Counted from the stretch's first letter, positions 9,696-20,595 are shown. The stretch: 64,000 nucleotides of DNA from Malacoraja senta (GCA_038087875.1 CM075995.1:1738001-1802000), one strand, 5' to 3'. Numbers and translations are program-made. Notes: generated from the letters alone by a model not told the origin.

Positions 9696-12600
9696 CAGCA
9701 GGACCTCGCATTGACTCTCCCGGAACTTCGGGCCTCACTCACCCAGACCTGCAACGGACCACAACTGTACTTTATCCGCCGGAAGATCCACCTCTTCAAT
9801 AAAAGATTCCTGGCCCACCTCAACTCCACCAAGGACCTTAAATTAGCCCGCCTCCAGGCCGCTCCCGCCGCCGACTCTCCGCGACTCGACCGCCCGCTGG
9901 CTCCGGGCCCCAACTCCGGCCCGCATCGCCTGCCCCGGTCCCGCGACGCCATCTTGTCCACGGGGAGCGACTCCAGTACTCACCAGGACGCCATCTTGTC
10001 CACGGGGAGCGCCTCCAGTACTCACCAGGAGGTCGCCTTCACCGACCTCCACGTCGATGCTGCCGCCGACCTTCACCTGCCTACCGATGACGCCCAGGCT
10101 CGCCGCTTCTACGGTAACTCGGACTTCCTTCCCCTCGCCGATTCCTCCGAACCTCGCCGCCCCCCGGGACCTCCCAGCATCGCCGCCGGACCGGGCCCAT
10201 CCAGCATCGCCGCCGGACCGGGCCCACTCTACACGGCCGCCGGACCGGGGATCCACGAACTTGGCCGCCGCACCGCACCCTATTCACCCCGTCGCCTCAC
10301 CGGACTGGTCGAACCGCGCCGCCCCACCGACCATCCGCTTACCGGGACCTCCCACGCATCGCCCGTGGACCCCGACTCTACTGCCCACCCACCCCGACCA
10401 TCGGGTCCGCCGACCCTCGCCACTGCAACGCCCTCCAGCCCCACCGACCCCGACTACACTGCCCACGGACCCCGACCATCGGGTCCGCCGACCCTCGCCA
10501 CTGCAACGCCCTCCAGCCCCACCGACCCCGACTACACTGCCCACGGACCCCGACCATCGGGTCCGCTGACCCTCGCCACTGCAACGCCCTCCAGCCCCAC
10601 CGACCCCGACTACACTGCCCACGGACCCCGACCGTCGGGTCCGCTGACCCTCGCCACTGCACCTCCCTCCAGCAGCCCGCAGCCGTCGCCTTACCTGCAA
10701 ACTGGACTCTGTACTGGGCCTGAAGCCTCCACGCTGTTCACTCCCACTCTCCGGGGTTTGACTCCACTGGGTCCTAGCGCTAGTCTGCCTAGCCCTGGTT
10801 ATCTCAGTGGCAGTTCCACTGATTCTTCCCCATCCCTCTCCAACTATGGGACCACTTCTCTTCCACACCCACACCACTGCCCTCTCACCCCCCCACCCCC
10901 TGACCACCCACCACCCCCCCACCACACATCGCCTCGTCCCCATTACACCCACCTGCCTTCCTCCGGCCCCAACCCCCATCCCTGCCGGGTGTTCACCATC
11001 CCCCCCGACCTCCCCCTCTCCGACATCGAACGGTCTGTCCTCAGCAGAGGTCTTACCTTTGTCCCCCTCCGTCCCCATCTCAATGAGTTCCGTGCCCTCC
11101 ATGACTTGGAACGCTTCTACCGTCGCCTCCGCCTCACAGCTCACTTCCATGGGAAGCAGTCCTCGCTCCCCACTGATGACCCCTTTTCCCGTCTCCAACG
11201 CACCCCATCCTCATGGAACCCCCCTCGCAGCCTTCCGGCTTTAGAACTCTTTATTAAAAACTGCCGCCGTGACATCCACCGCCTCAACTTCTCCACTCCC
11301 CTGTCCCACTCCAATCTCTCCCCCCTTGAACGCACTGCCATCGACTCACTCCGCAACAACCTAGATTGGGTTATCAAACCCGCCGACAAGGGAGGTGCCG
11401 TGGTAGTCTGGCGCGTCGACCTCTACAAAGCTGAGGCCACGCGCCAACTCTCGGACACCTCTTCCTACTTACCCCTGGACCATGACCCCACTGACGAGCA
11501 CCAGGCCACCATCTCCAGCACCATCACCAACTTCATCCACTCCCACGCCCTGCCCGAACGAGCCTCCAACCTCATCGTTCCCCAGCCCCGCACAGCCCGC
11601 TTTTACCTTCTCCCCAAAATCCACAAACCTGACTGTCCCGGTAGACCCATTGTCTCTGCCTGTTCTTGCCCCACCGAACTCATCTCCACCTACCTCGACT
11701 CCATACTATCCCCCTTGGTTAAATCCCTCCCCACCTATGTTCAAGACACCTCAGACACTCTCCGTCATCTCCGCGCATTCCACTCTCTAGGCCCTCACCC
11801 CCTCATCTTCACCATGGACGTCCAGTCACTGTACACCTCCATCCCCCACCAGGATGGTCTCAAAGCCCTCCGTTTTTTCCTCGACCGGAGAAGCAATCTA
11901 TACCCGGCCACTGACACCCTCCTCCGCCTAGCGGAGCTGGTACTTACACTTAATAACTTTTCATTCGACTCCTCCCATTTCCTCCAAATACAAGGCGTAG
12001 CTATGGGCACACGCATGGGCCCCAGCTACGCCTGCCTCTTTGTCGGGTACGTAGAACAATCCCTGTTCAATGCGTACCAGGGCCCCATCCCCGACCTCTA
12101 CCTCCGCTACATCGATGATTGTTTTGGTGCCACATCCTGCACCCACACACAACTGACTGACTTCATCCGCTTCACCACCAACTTCCATCCGGCACTTAAA
12201 TACACCTGGACCATTTCCGACACTTCCCTACCATTCCTTGACCTCACTATCTCCATCGCAGGTGATAGACTCCTTACCGACATCCACTACAAACCTACCG
12301 ACTCCCATGGCTATCTGGACTACACTTCTTCCCACCCTGCTTCCTGTAAGGACTCCATCCCCCACTCCCAATTCCTCCGTCTACGCCGCATCTGCTCCCA
12401 GGATGAGGCGTTCCACACCAGGGCATCTGAAATGTCCTCATTCTTCAGGGAACGGGGGTTCCCCTCCTCCACCATAGATGAGGCTCGCACCAGGGTCTCT
12501 GCCATACCCCGCAACACTGCTCTCTCTCCCCATCCCCCCACTCACAACAAAGGCAGAGTCCCCCTAGTCCTCACCTTTCACCCCACCAGCCGTCACATAC

Positions 12601-13172
12601 AACAAGTGATCCTCCGTCAGTTTCGCCACCTCCAACGTGACCCCACCACTCGCCACATCTTCCCATCTCCCCCTATGTCTGCCTTCCGCAAAGACCGCTC
12701 CCTCCGTAACTCCCTTGTCAATTCTTCCCTTCCCTCCCATACCACCCCCTCCCCTGGTACTTTCCCTTGCAACCGCAAGAGATGCAACACTTGTCCCTTC
12801 ACCTCCCCCCTCCACTCCATTCAAGGACCCAAGCAGTCGTTCCAGGTGCGACAGAGGTTCACCTGCATCTCCTCCAACCTCATCTATTGCATTCGCTGCT
12901 CTAGATGCCAGCTGATCTACATCGGTGAGACCAAGCGGAGGCTTGGCGATCGTTTCGCCGAACACCTCCGGTCGGTCCGCAATAACCAACCTGAACTCCC
13001 GGTGGCTCAGCACTTCAACTCCCCCTCCCATTCCGTATCTGACCTCTCTGTCCTGGGTCTCCTCCATGGCCACAGCGAGCAACACCGTAAATTGGAGGAA
13101 ATGCACCTCATATTCCGCTTGGGCAGTCTACACCCTGGTGGCCTGAACGTTGAATTCTCCCAATTCTGCTAG
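9684..13172 (+). CDS. Penelope-like reverse transcriptase / GIY-YIG endonuclease polyprotein (frame open from 9504)
   Basis: PLE RT motifs IKPADKGG, FYLLPKIHK, GRPIVS, TMDVQSLYTSIP, QIQGVAMGT, RYIDD and FLDL. Cys linker CNRKRCNTC. GIY-YIG-like NLIYCIRC...YIGET...R..EH, ending in GLN. Confidence 0.92.
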   Translation: MRRHQQDLALTLPELRASLTQTCNGPQLYFIRRKIHLFNKRFLAHLNSTKDLKLARLQAAPAADSPRLDRPLAPGPNSGPHRLPRSRDAILSTGSDSSTHQDAILSTGSASSTHQEVAFTDLHVDAAADLHLPTDDAQARRFYGNSDFLPLADSSEPRRPPGPPSIAAGPGPSSIAAGPGPLYTAAGPGIHELGRRTAPYSPRRLTGLVEPRRPTDHPLTGTSHASPVDPDSTAHPPRPSGPPTLATATPSSPTDPDYTAHGPRPSGPPTLATATPSSPTDPDYTAHGPRPSGPLTLATATPSSPTDPDYTAHGPRPSGPLTLATAPPSSSPQPSPYLQTGLCTGPEASTLFTPTLRGLTPLGPSASLPSPGYLSGSSTDSSPSLSNYGTTSLPHPHHCPLTPPPPDHPPPPHHTSPRPHYTHLPSSGPNPHPCRVFTIPPDLPLSDIERSVLSRGLTFVPLRPHLNEFRALHDLERFYRRLRLTAHFHGKQSSLPTDDPFSRLQRTPSSWNPPRSLPALELFIKNCRRDIHRLNFSTPLSHSNLSPLERTAIDSLRNNLDWVIKPADKGGAVVVWRVDLYKAEATRQLSDTSSYLPLDHDPTDEHQATISSTITNFIHSHALPERASNLIVPQPRTARFYLLPKIHKPDCPGRPIVSACSCPTELISTYLDSILSPLVKSLPTYVQDTSDTLRHLRAFHSLGPHPLIFTMDVQSLYTSIPHQDGLKALRFFLDRRSNLYPATDTLLRLAELVLTLNNFSFDSSHFLQIQGVAMGTRMGPSYACLFVGYVEQSLFNAYQGPIPDLYLRYIDDCFGATSCTHTQLTDFIRFTTNFHPALKYTWTISDTSLPFLDLTISIAGDRLLTDIHYKPTDSHGYLDYTSSHPASCKDSIPHSQFLRLRRICSQDEAFHTRASEMSSFFRERGFPSSTIDEARTRVSAIPRNTALSPHPPTHNKGRVPLVLTFHPTSRHIQQVILRQFRHLQRDPTTRHIFPSPPMSAFRKDRSLRNSLVNSSLPSHTTPSPGTFPCNRKRCNTCPFTSPLHSIQGPKQSFQVRQRFTCISSNLIYCIRCSRCQLIYIGETKRRLGDRFAEHLRSVRNNQPELPVAQHFNSPSHSVSDLSVLGLLHGHSEQHRKLEEMHLIFRLGSLHPGGLNVEFSQFC
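10368..10679 (+). repeat. 78-bp in-frame tandem repeat x4 inside the PLE ORF
   Basis: 26-aa unit DPDYTAHGPRPSGPPTLATATPSSPT repeated four times. Confidence 0.9.
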
Positions 13173-13284
13173 CCCTGGCTGTCCCCTCCCCTTCATCAGC
13201 CATCTGGTTGTCTCCTCCCCTCCCCCCACCCTCGGGCTCCTCCTCCTCCTTTTCCTTTTTTCCTTTCTTCTCCCCACCCCCTAT

Positions 13285-13320
13285 CAGTCTGAAGAAGGGT
13301 TTCGGCCCGAAACGTTACCT
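13285..13320 (+). ncRNA. Minimal type I hammerhead ribozyme motif in the PLE terminal repeat (mirror copy at 7529-7564 minus; another at 24668-24703 plus)
   Basis: CUGAAGA-A-[GGGU UUCG GCCC]-GAAACGUU. Conserved core, stem II with a UUCG loop, palindromic ACGU in place of stem III. Stem I is weak. Confidence 0.65.
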
Positions 13321-14373
13321 ATTTCCTTCGCTCCATAGATGCTGCTGCACCCGCTGAGTTTCTCCAGCATTTTTGTGTACCTAGGAAATATATTATGTTT
13401 GCCTTATGAACTTTGTTTATGAAAGAGAAAGAAAGAGATTAATAAAGATATATAATATTATTTATGTAGGGGTTCCCTGAGACATGAAAATTATTTTAAG
13501 GGTTCCGCAAGGGTAAAAAGGTTGGGAAACGCTGGTTTAAAGTTAGAAATGCTGCTGTCGGAGGAGAGGTTTGAAAGTGTGGAGCGACTGTAATGAATGA
13601 TTGCAGATCCACTTCCGTGAGCAGCACACAAAGAGGCTCCTGGGTTGGACGCCATCTTGGACCAATTTGTGGTTGTGACTGTCAAAGCTTTTAAGCACTT
13701 TCAGAGCTTGTGAATGTCAGAAACATTCAAACACCATTCAAGTCCTGTGAAATATTTATTACTTTTCCTAAAGCTCTTAAAAAATGTTTTTTAAGAAAGT
13801 GCCTCAAAACTAATTACAAGCATTCCAGCAAATTACAAAAAGTGGTGAACTAATCATGTATCGGTACACTGTTAATAGCCCGGTTGTAATCATGTATTGC
13901 CTTTCCGCTGACTGGATAGCACGCAACATAAGCTTTTCACTGTACCTCGGTACATGCGACAATAAACTAAACTGAAACTGAAACTGAACACTGCCCCGTC
14001 GATCGCAGGCAATGACCTCTCCACCATCGAAGGTATCTACAAGAGGCACTGTCTCAAAAAGGCAGCCAGCATCATTAAGGACCCGCACCACCCTGGCCAC
14101 GCTCTCATTTCATTCCAGCGGTCAGGAAGAAGGTACAGGATCCTGAAGACTGTAACGTCCAGGTTCAGGAGCAGCTTCTTCCCAACAACCATCAGGTTAT
14201 TAAACACCACGAACTCCAACTAAACTCCGAACTACAAATGTGCCTGCATTACACTAGGGGCTTTTTGCAATGTATTGTTGTTTTAAAATGTATCGGACCT
14301 GTTTTTTTCTGAAGATAGACACAAAATGCTGTAGTAACTCAGCCGGTCAGGCAGCATCTCTGGAGAAAATGGA

Positions 14374-15172
14374 ATGGATCGACTGGGCTTATATTCACTG
14401 CAATTTAGAAGGATGAGAGGGAATCTTATAGAAACATATAAAATTCTTAAGGGATTGGATACAGGAAAAGTGTTCCCGATGCTCGGGGAGTCCAGAACCA
14501 GGGGTCACAGTTTAAGAATAAGGGGCAGGCCACTTAGGACTGAGATGAGGAAAAACCTTTTCACCCAGACAGTTGTGAATCTGGAATTCTCTGCCACAGA
14601 AGGCAGTGGGGGCCAATTCTCTGGACGTTTTCAAGAGAGAGTTAGATATGGCTCTTAGGGCTAATGGAATCAAAGGATATGGGGAGAAAGCAAGAACGGG
14701 GTACTGATTTAGGAAGATCAGCCATGATCATATTGAATGGCAGTGGTGGCTCGAAGGGCCGAATAGCCTACTCCTGCACCTATTGTCTATGTTTCTATGT
14801 TTTTGGGTCGGGACCCTTCTTCAGCCATTGTAGAAGTGGTGGGGGGGGGGGGGGGGGGGGGGACCAGGTGCCACAGTTTAAGAATAAGGAGTAGACCATT
14901 TAGAATGGAGATAAGGAAAAACTTTTTCACCCAGAGACTTGTGAATCTGTGGAATTCTTTACCTCAGAAGGCAGTGGAGGCCAATTCTCCGGATGCTTTC
15001 AAGAGAGAGTTAGATAGAGCTCTTAAAAATAGCAGAGTCAGGGGATATGGTGAGAAGGCAGGAATGGGGTACTGATTGTGGATGATCAGCCATGATCACA
15101 GTGAATGGCGGTGCTGGCTCGAAGGGCCGAATGGCCTACTCCTGCACCCATTATCTATTGTCTATTGTCTAT
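14374..15172 (+). mobile_element. Two tandem CR1 LINE 3' fragments inside and next to a pLTR remnant
   Basis: CR1 C-terminal translations and 3' UTRs ending in (TTTCTATG)n and (TTGTCTA)n. Confidence 0.8.
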
Positions 15173-16999
15173 TGACTGGAAGCAAGAAAAGACCAGGACA
15201 TATCAGGACACACAACAGATGACCTCAGGCAGGGTGGTCGGCCAATTGTTGGATGGTGATGGTGTGATCCATGGTGTGAAGAGCATGACATTTGGTACAA
15301 AACAGATCAGCAGATCCTTTTTATTACATTCTGTTTTGTTTCCATTTGTTTATTACATTTGTTGTGTGCTAGCTAACCAGTCAGCAGAAAGACTATACCT
15401 GATTACAATCGAGCCATTTACAGTGTATAGATACATGATAAGGGAATAATGTTTAGTGCAAGGCAAAGCCCCAGCAAAGTCCGATCAAGGATAGTCCGAG
15501 GGTCATCAAAGAGGTAGATCGTAGTTCAGCACTGCTCTCTGGTTGTGGGAGGATGGTTCTGTTACCTGATAACAGCTGGGAAGAAACTGTCCCTGAATCT
15601 GGAGGTGTGCGTTTTCACACTTTTATACCTTTTGCCTGATGGGAGAGGGGAGAAGAGGGAGTGGCCGGGGTGCGACTGTAACTGATATCCTGGCCAGACA
15701 GAGTCAGTGTAACGTGTAGGAAGGAACTGCAGGTGCAGGTTTACACCGAAGATAGACACAAAATGCAGGAGTAACTCAGCGGGACAGGCAGCATCTCTGG
15801 AGAGAAGGAATGGTTGATGTTTCGGGTCAAGACCCAACATTACACGGATACTATGGCAGTTTTCATCACTAATTTAGTCACGTGAATTTATAATGTAAGT
15901 GTTGACAAGCAGTGTGTAATGATCTATGATGCAACACATTGGCACTCACGAATAACTACAGTGAATAAGGGGTTAAAGTGCAAGGGGAATTTGGGCCACA
16001 GCGTGCAAGTCTAATTCAGTCCAAATGTTACTTTTCTAATTTTTGGTAAAATTTATGATGTTATATAATTTGATTCTTATTTTTACAGCCGTAAATTTAG
16101 CAATTTCTAGTCTTTCATCATTGATATTAGATGCTATTCGTTCAAACATACCATGATGTAATTAATTATGAGCATAAAGATTTATAACGAACCAGTCTGG
16201 AGAAGGGTCTCGACCCGAAACGTCATCCATTCCTTCTCTCTGGAGATGCTGCCTGTCCCGCTGAGTTACCCTAGCATTTTGTGTCTATTTTTGGTTTAAA
16301 CCAGCATCTGCAGTTCCTTCCTACACATTTATAATATCAGTACTCGGGTAAACAGGCAACTTGGATCGTTAGCCCAATAGTTCAAAACATTGATTTTCAA
16401 AGATATAATCACTGGCATGGTGGTGCAGCTGGTAGAACTGCTGCCTCACAGTGCCAGAGACCTGGGCTCGATCCTGACCTCGGGTGCTGTCTGTGCGGAG
16501 TTTACAGGTTCTCCCCATGACTGCGTGAGTTTCCTCCGGGTCCACTGGTTTACAAGTTCGTATGTGATAGGAGCAGAATTAGGCCATTTGGCCCCTCGAG
16601 TCTACTCCTGTACCTATTTTCTATTGTCTATTGTCAATCATGGCTGATTTATCTGTCCCTCCTAACCCCATTCTCCATCCTTCTCCCCATAACACCGGAC
16701 ACCCACTTCTTCCCACATCCCAAAGGCGTGCAGATTGTAGGTTAATTGGCCTGTAAAATTGCTCCTAGTGTGTGTAGGGAGTGGATGCAAATATGAGATA
16801 GACAATAGACAATAGACAATAGGTGCAGGAGTAGGCCATTCGGCCCTTCGGCCCTTCGAGCCAGCACCACCATTCAATGTGATCATGGCTGATCATCCCC
16901 AATCAGTACCCCGTTCCTGCCTTCTCCCCATATCCCCTGACTCCGCTATTTTTAAGAGCCCTATCTAGCTTTCTCTTGAAAGTATCCAGTGATAACATA

Positions 17000-17850
17000 C
17001 AAGATACATTTATTTGTCACATGTACCAGTTAGTACAGTGAAATGTGTGGTCACCATACAGCCATACAATAAAATAAAGAACACAACACACGATAGAGTC
17101 CAACATAAAACATCCCCACACAGCAGAATCAAAGTTTCCCACTGTGAGGGAAGGCACCAAAATTCAGTCATCTTTCTCTGATGTTCTTGATGTTCACCCG
17201 TGGTCGGGGCCTCCCCGAGCCCACCGCAGTCGCTGCTACGGGGGGGCCCGCTGCTCAGGCTCGCTCGCCGGGATGATGGAACTCCGATGTCGGAACGGGA
17301 GGACAACCTCAGCGGCTTGGACCTCCGAATCGGCCGCTTCCTACTGGAGTCCGCGGTTCCCGAAGTCTACAGGGTGGAGATTCACGCTGGCGGCCCTCGG
17401 CAAAGGGCCCCAGGACTCCGCGATATTGGTCAGCGCCGCCCGCGCTGGGAGCTCCGCAAACCACAGCCCCGCGATGTTGGAGCAGCGGCCCAGCACTCCG
17501 GAGCTTCAAACGGCGATCCAGGTAGGTATCGCCCGTTCCGCGGTGAATCCAGCGCCGCGCCGCCGCTGCTGAAGCTCTGGTCCGGTCCCCGGTCCTCGGT
17601 AGGAAAGGCCGCGCCAATCCAGCTGGTAGGCCGCAAGGAGGGGGGCGAGGACGCGACTCGGAGAATAGTCGCATCCTCGCCAGGAAGTGACTGGGAAGCG
17701 GTTTCCCCCTTACCCTACCCCCCTCCCCCACATAGAAAAACTAAAAAATCCCCAAAACAAACTGTTAAGACAAACTAAAATTTAAAAAAAGATAGAAAAA
17801 ACAGACAGACTGTAGGCAGAGGCTGCCTTCAATGCGGCGCCTCTAGTGGA
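17000..17850 (-). mobile_element. Longest copy of the unclassified GC-rich retroposon-like repeat
   Basis: Shares blocks with 6760-7172 and 47695-48000. CpG-rich body with no recognisable coding motif. Confidence 0.55.
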
Positions 17851-18314
17851 TAGAACCGATGTGAACAGGTGACCGATAGTCGGCATGGACTCGACGGGTC
17901 AAAGGCCCCATTTAGTTTTGTTTAGTTTAGTTTAATTCAGTTTAGTTTAGTCTAGTTTAGTTTATTATCGTCATGTGTACAAAGGTACAGTGCAATGCTT
18001 TCAGTTGTGCTCTATCCAGTTGACAATAAGATTGTACACGATTCCAATCAAGCCATCCACAGTGTACAGATACAGGATAAAGGGTGTACCATTTAGTGCA
18101 AGATAAAGTCCACTAAAATCAGATTAAAGTAAAGTTCAATTCCATGCTGTATCATTCAATGAATCAACTTAATCAATACTTTATTCATAATATCTGCACA
18201 GATAATATAATTGACTATTTTCATGTTCATTTTTATCAAAATGTAATGCATTGTTGTACAATTAGTGAACACCTCTCATGTGTTTCCTGTTTCCTCTTTT
18301 CTCCCTAAACAATG

Positions 18315-18612
18315 CATGGTGGCGCAGTGGTAGAGTCGCTGCCTTACAGTGCTTGCAGCGTCGGAGACCCGGGTTCGAATCCCGACTACGGGTGCTGTCT
18401 GCAGGGAGTTTGTACGTTCTCCCCGTGACCGCGTGGGTTTTCTCCCATACTCCAAAAGACCTACAGGTTTGTAGGTCTTGGTATAAATGTAAATTGTCCC
18501 GAGTGTGTTTAGGATAGTGTTAATGTACGGGCGTCGCTGGTCGGCATGGACTCGGTGGGCCGCAGGGCCTGTTTCCGTGCTGTATCTCTAAAACTAAAAT
18601 CTAAAACTAAAA
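18315..18612 (+). mobile_element. tRNA-derived SINE (HE1/V-SINE-like)
   Basis: A box tggcgcagtgg, B box ggttcgaatcc, tail gggcctgtttccgtgctgtatctctaaaactaaa. Confidence 0.8.
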
Positions 18613-19377
18613 TGCACCCATAAACTGTTTGAGAGGCTAGTCCACAAGCACCATCTATCTCCTCAGTGTCCATTGACAGGTGGACACCAGACTGTGCTCT
18701 TTCTTCACAAGCCTTTATGTTGGCTCCTCTGGGCCTCACTGCGTCCTTCATCATTCACCTGCACTCATCCCCTGACTTTAGTTTAGTTTAGAGATACAGA
18801 GCAGCAACAGGCCCTTCGGCCCACCGAGTCCACGCCGACCAGCGACCCCCGTACAGTAACACTGACTTGATTAGTCAGGTGCCAGGGGTTATGGGGAGAA
18901 GGCAGGAGAATGGTGTTAGGAGGGAGAGATACGTAGATCAGCCGTGATGGAATGGCGGAGCAGACTTGATGGGCCGAATGGCCTAATTCTACTCCTACTC
19001 GTTATGACCTACACACTTGGGACAAGTTACTATTTTTTTTACCGAAGCCAATTAGCTTACAAACCAGTACTTCTTTGGAGTGTGGGGGGAAACCGGGGTA
19101 GCTGGAGAAAACCCACACAGGTCACGGGGAGAACGGACAAACTCTGTACAGACAGCGCCCATAGTCCAGATCGAACCAGAGTCCCTGGCGCTGCGAGGCA
19201 GCAAGTCTACCGGTTCGCCACAGTGCTGAATGGAATAACGGTGGAAGACCAACAATTATCAGGCGGACTGAAGTGCATCTTTCACCAAGTTGATGAACTT
19301 CCAGAAACACACGATGTCTGATTGATGATGTGTCCCCGGGAACAACCCGCAGATCAGAGAGAGTCCTCTGTTGCACA

Positions 19378-19810
19378 TAGGGTTGCCAACTTCCTCACTC
19401 CCAAGTAAGGGACAAAAGGTCAAAATAAGGGACAAATTCCCGACGGCGATTCGTTGACCGACTCGGCCGTGGCTGGGTGAATGATGAGTTGGCCCGGGTG
19501 CTGGACTGCACACAAAGCCCAGCCGGCGGGCCAGCTGAGGAGTTTTGGCTCGGGCGCCGGACTTTGCGCGTGACGTCGCGAGCAAATTCCAGCACCCCAT
19601 CCAACTCATGAACCGATGATCGGCCATGAGAAGGAGGTGTGGTGGTGGTGTCGGCGGTAAGCGAAGGTCCGAAGGTCGGACAGCTGGCCGGGCTGCCGAC
19701 CGACGGGGCCACGGGCGAGGCGCTGCTGCTGCCGCACTCCATGGGCTGCACTACGTCGGGACGGGTGAGGCGGGGCCGGACGCGGTGCTCCGACCCGACA
19801 GTTCCTTTTC
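19378..19810 (+). mobile_element. One end of a probable hAT-type DNA transposon
   Basis: Starts tagggttgcca, followed by subterminal taagggaca repeats and a CpG-rich body. No partner TIR was found. Confidence 0.45.
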
Positions 19811-20470
19811 CAGATCTTGTTAGCAAGCGCACAGTCCACAAGGTGGTGGATGATCATCTCATCTGCACCACACCCAACTGAAAGGTAGCGAGCTACAGAA
19901 GTGAGGCCCTGGCTGTGAGAGACGACCTTACAGGAAGGGCCCCTCCCACATCCAGCCAAAAGAGGTCTTGGTGCTTGGTTTCAATGTTTCAATGGTTCAA
20001 AGTTTCTTTTATTGTCACGGGTACCAAAGGTGCAGTGAAATCTATTTGTGTAGGAAGAGAACGCCTTAAAAATATCCACGGACTTGGCGTCCACAGCCTT
20101 CTGTGGCGAAGAATTCCGCAGATTCACCACTCAGCGAGTAAAGAAATTCCTCTTCATCTCCTTTCTAAAGGAATGTCCTTTAATTCTGAGACTATAACCT
20201 CCAGTCCTAGACTCTCCCATTAATGGAAACATCCTCTCCACATTCACTCTATCCTTTCACTATTTGCTAAGTCTCAATGAGTCTTTATAGATTCTGGTAA
20301 GTCTCAATAAGTCTCGTCCTTCTAAACTCCAGCGAGTACAGGCTCAGCGCCAACAAACGCTCATCCTATGTTAACCTGCTGATTCCTGGGACCATTCTCG
20401 TAAACCTCGTAAACTTCTCTCCAGTGCCAGCATGTCCTTCCTCAGATAAGGTGCCCAAAAGTGCAAAATG

Positions 20471-20595
20471 TTGGAGACGGGAGAAGGGGTCGTCACTGGG
20501 AGGTGAGGACTCCTTGTCGGAGAACAAGGTCCGGAGGCGGAGGCGACGGAAGAGGTATCATGATGGGCATGGAACTCACTGAGGTGTGAGCAGAG
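20471..20595 (-). mobile_element. Decayed internal fragment of a PLE ORF
   Basis: Minus-strand translation LFRRLRLRTLFSDKESSPPSDDPFSRL aligns by eye to FYRRLRLTAHFHGKQSSLPTDDPFSRL in the intact ORF. Confidence 0.7.

Larger units (their letters stand above)
7433..13382 (+). mobile_element. Young Penelope-like retroelement (Neptune-type) with a long inverted arm
   Basis: 17-bp TSD aggaaatatattatgtt (7416-7432 and 13383-13399). 7467-9503 is the reverse complement of 11346-13382. Uninterrupted RT plus GIY-YIG ORF. Confidence 0.93.
7192..13534. mobile_element. Non-autonomous hAT (Charlie/Buster-like) element, about 376 bp when empty, carrying a PLE insertion
   Basis: TIR cagcgtttccc / gggaaacgctg, 8-bp TSD gtttaaag at 7184-7191 and 13535-13542, and subterminal ggggttc repeats at both ends. 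Confidence 0.85.

Noticed and set aside
7703..13338. Many short overlapping alternative-frame and antisense ORFs in the PLE
   Set aside because: These are shadows of a C-rich coding strand. They recur only because the element is duplicated.
17144..17778. GC-rich ORFs of 140-190 aa (also 19259-19959 and 40919-41726)
   Set aside because: They lie within repeats or MITEs, are open in several frames because of GC content, and show no recognisable domains or splice structure.
18315..18400. SINE heads as functional tRNA genes
   Set aside because: They have A and B boxes but no complete cloverleaf, and they continue into the shared SINE body.
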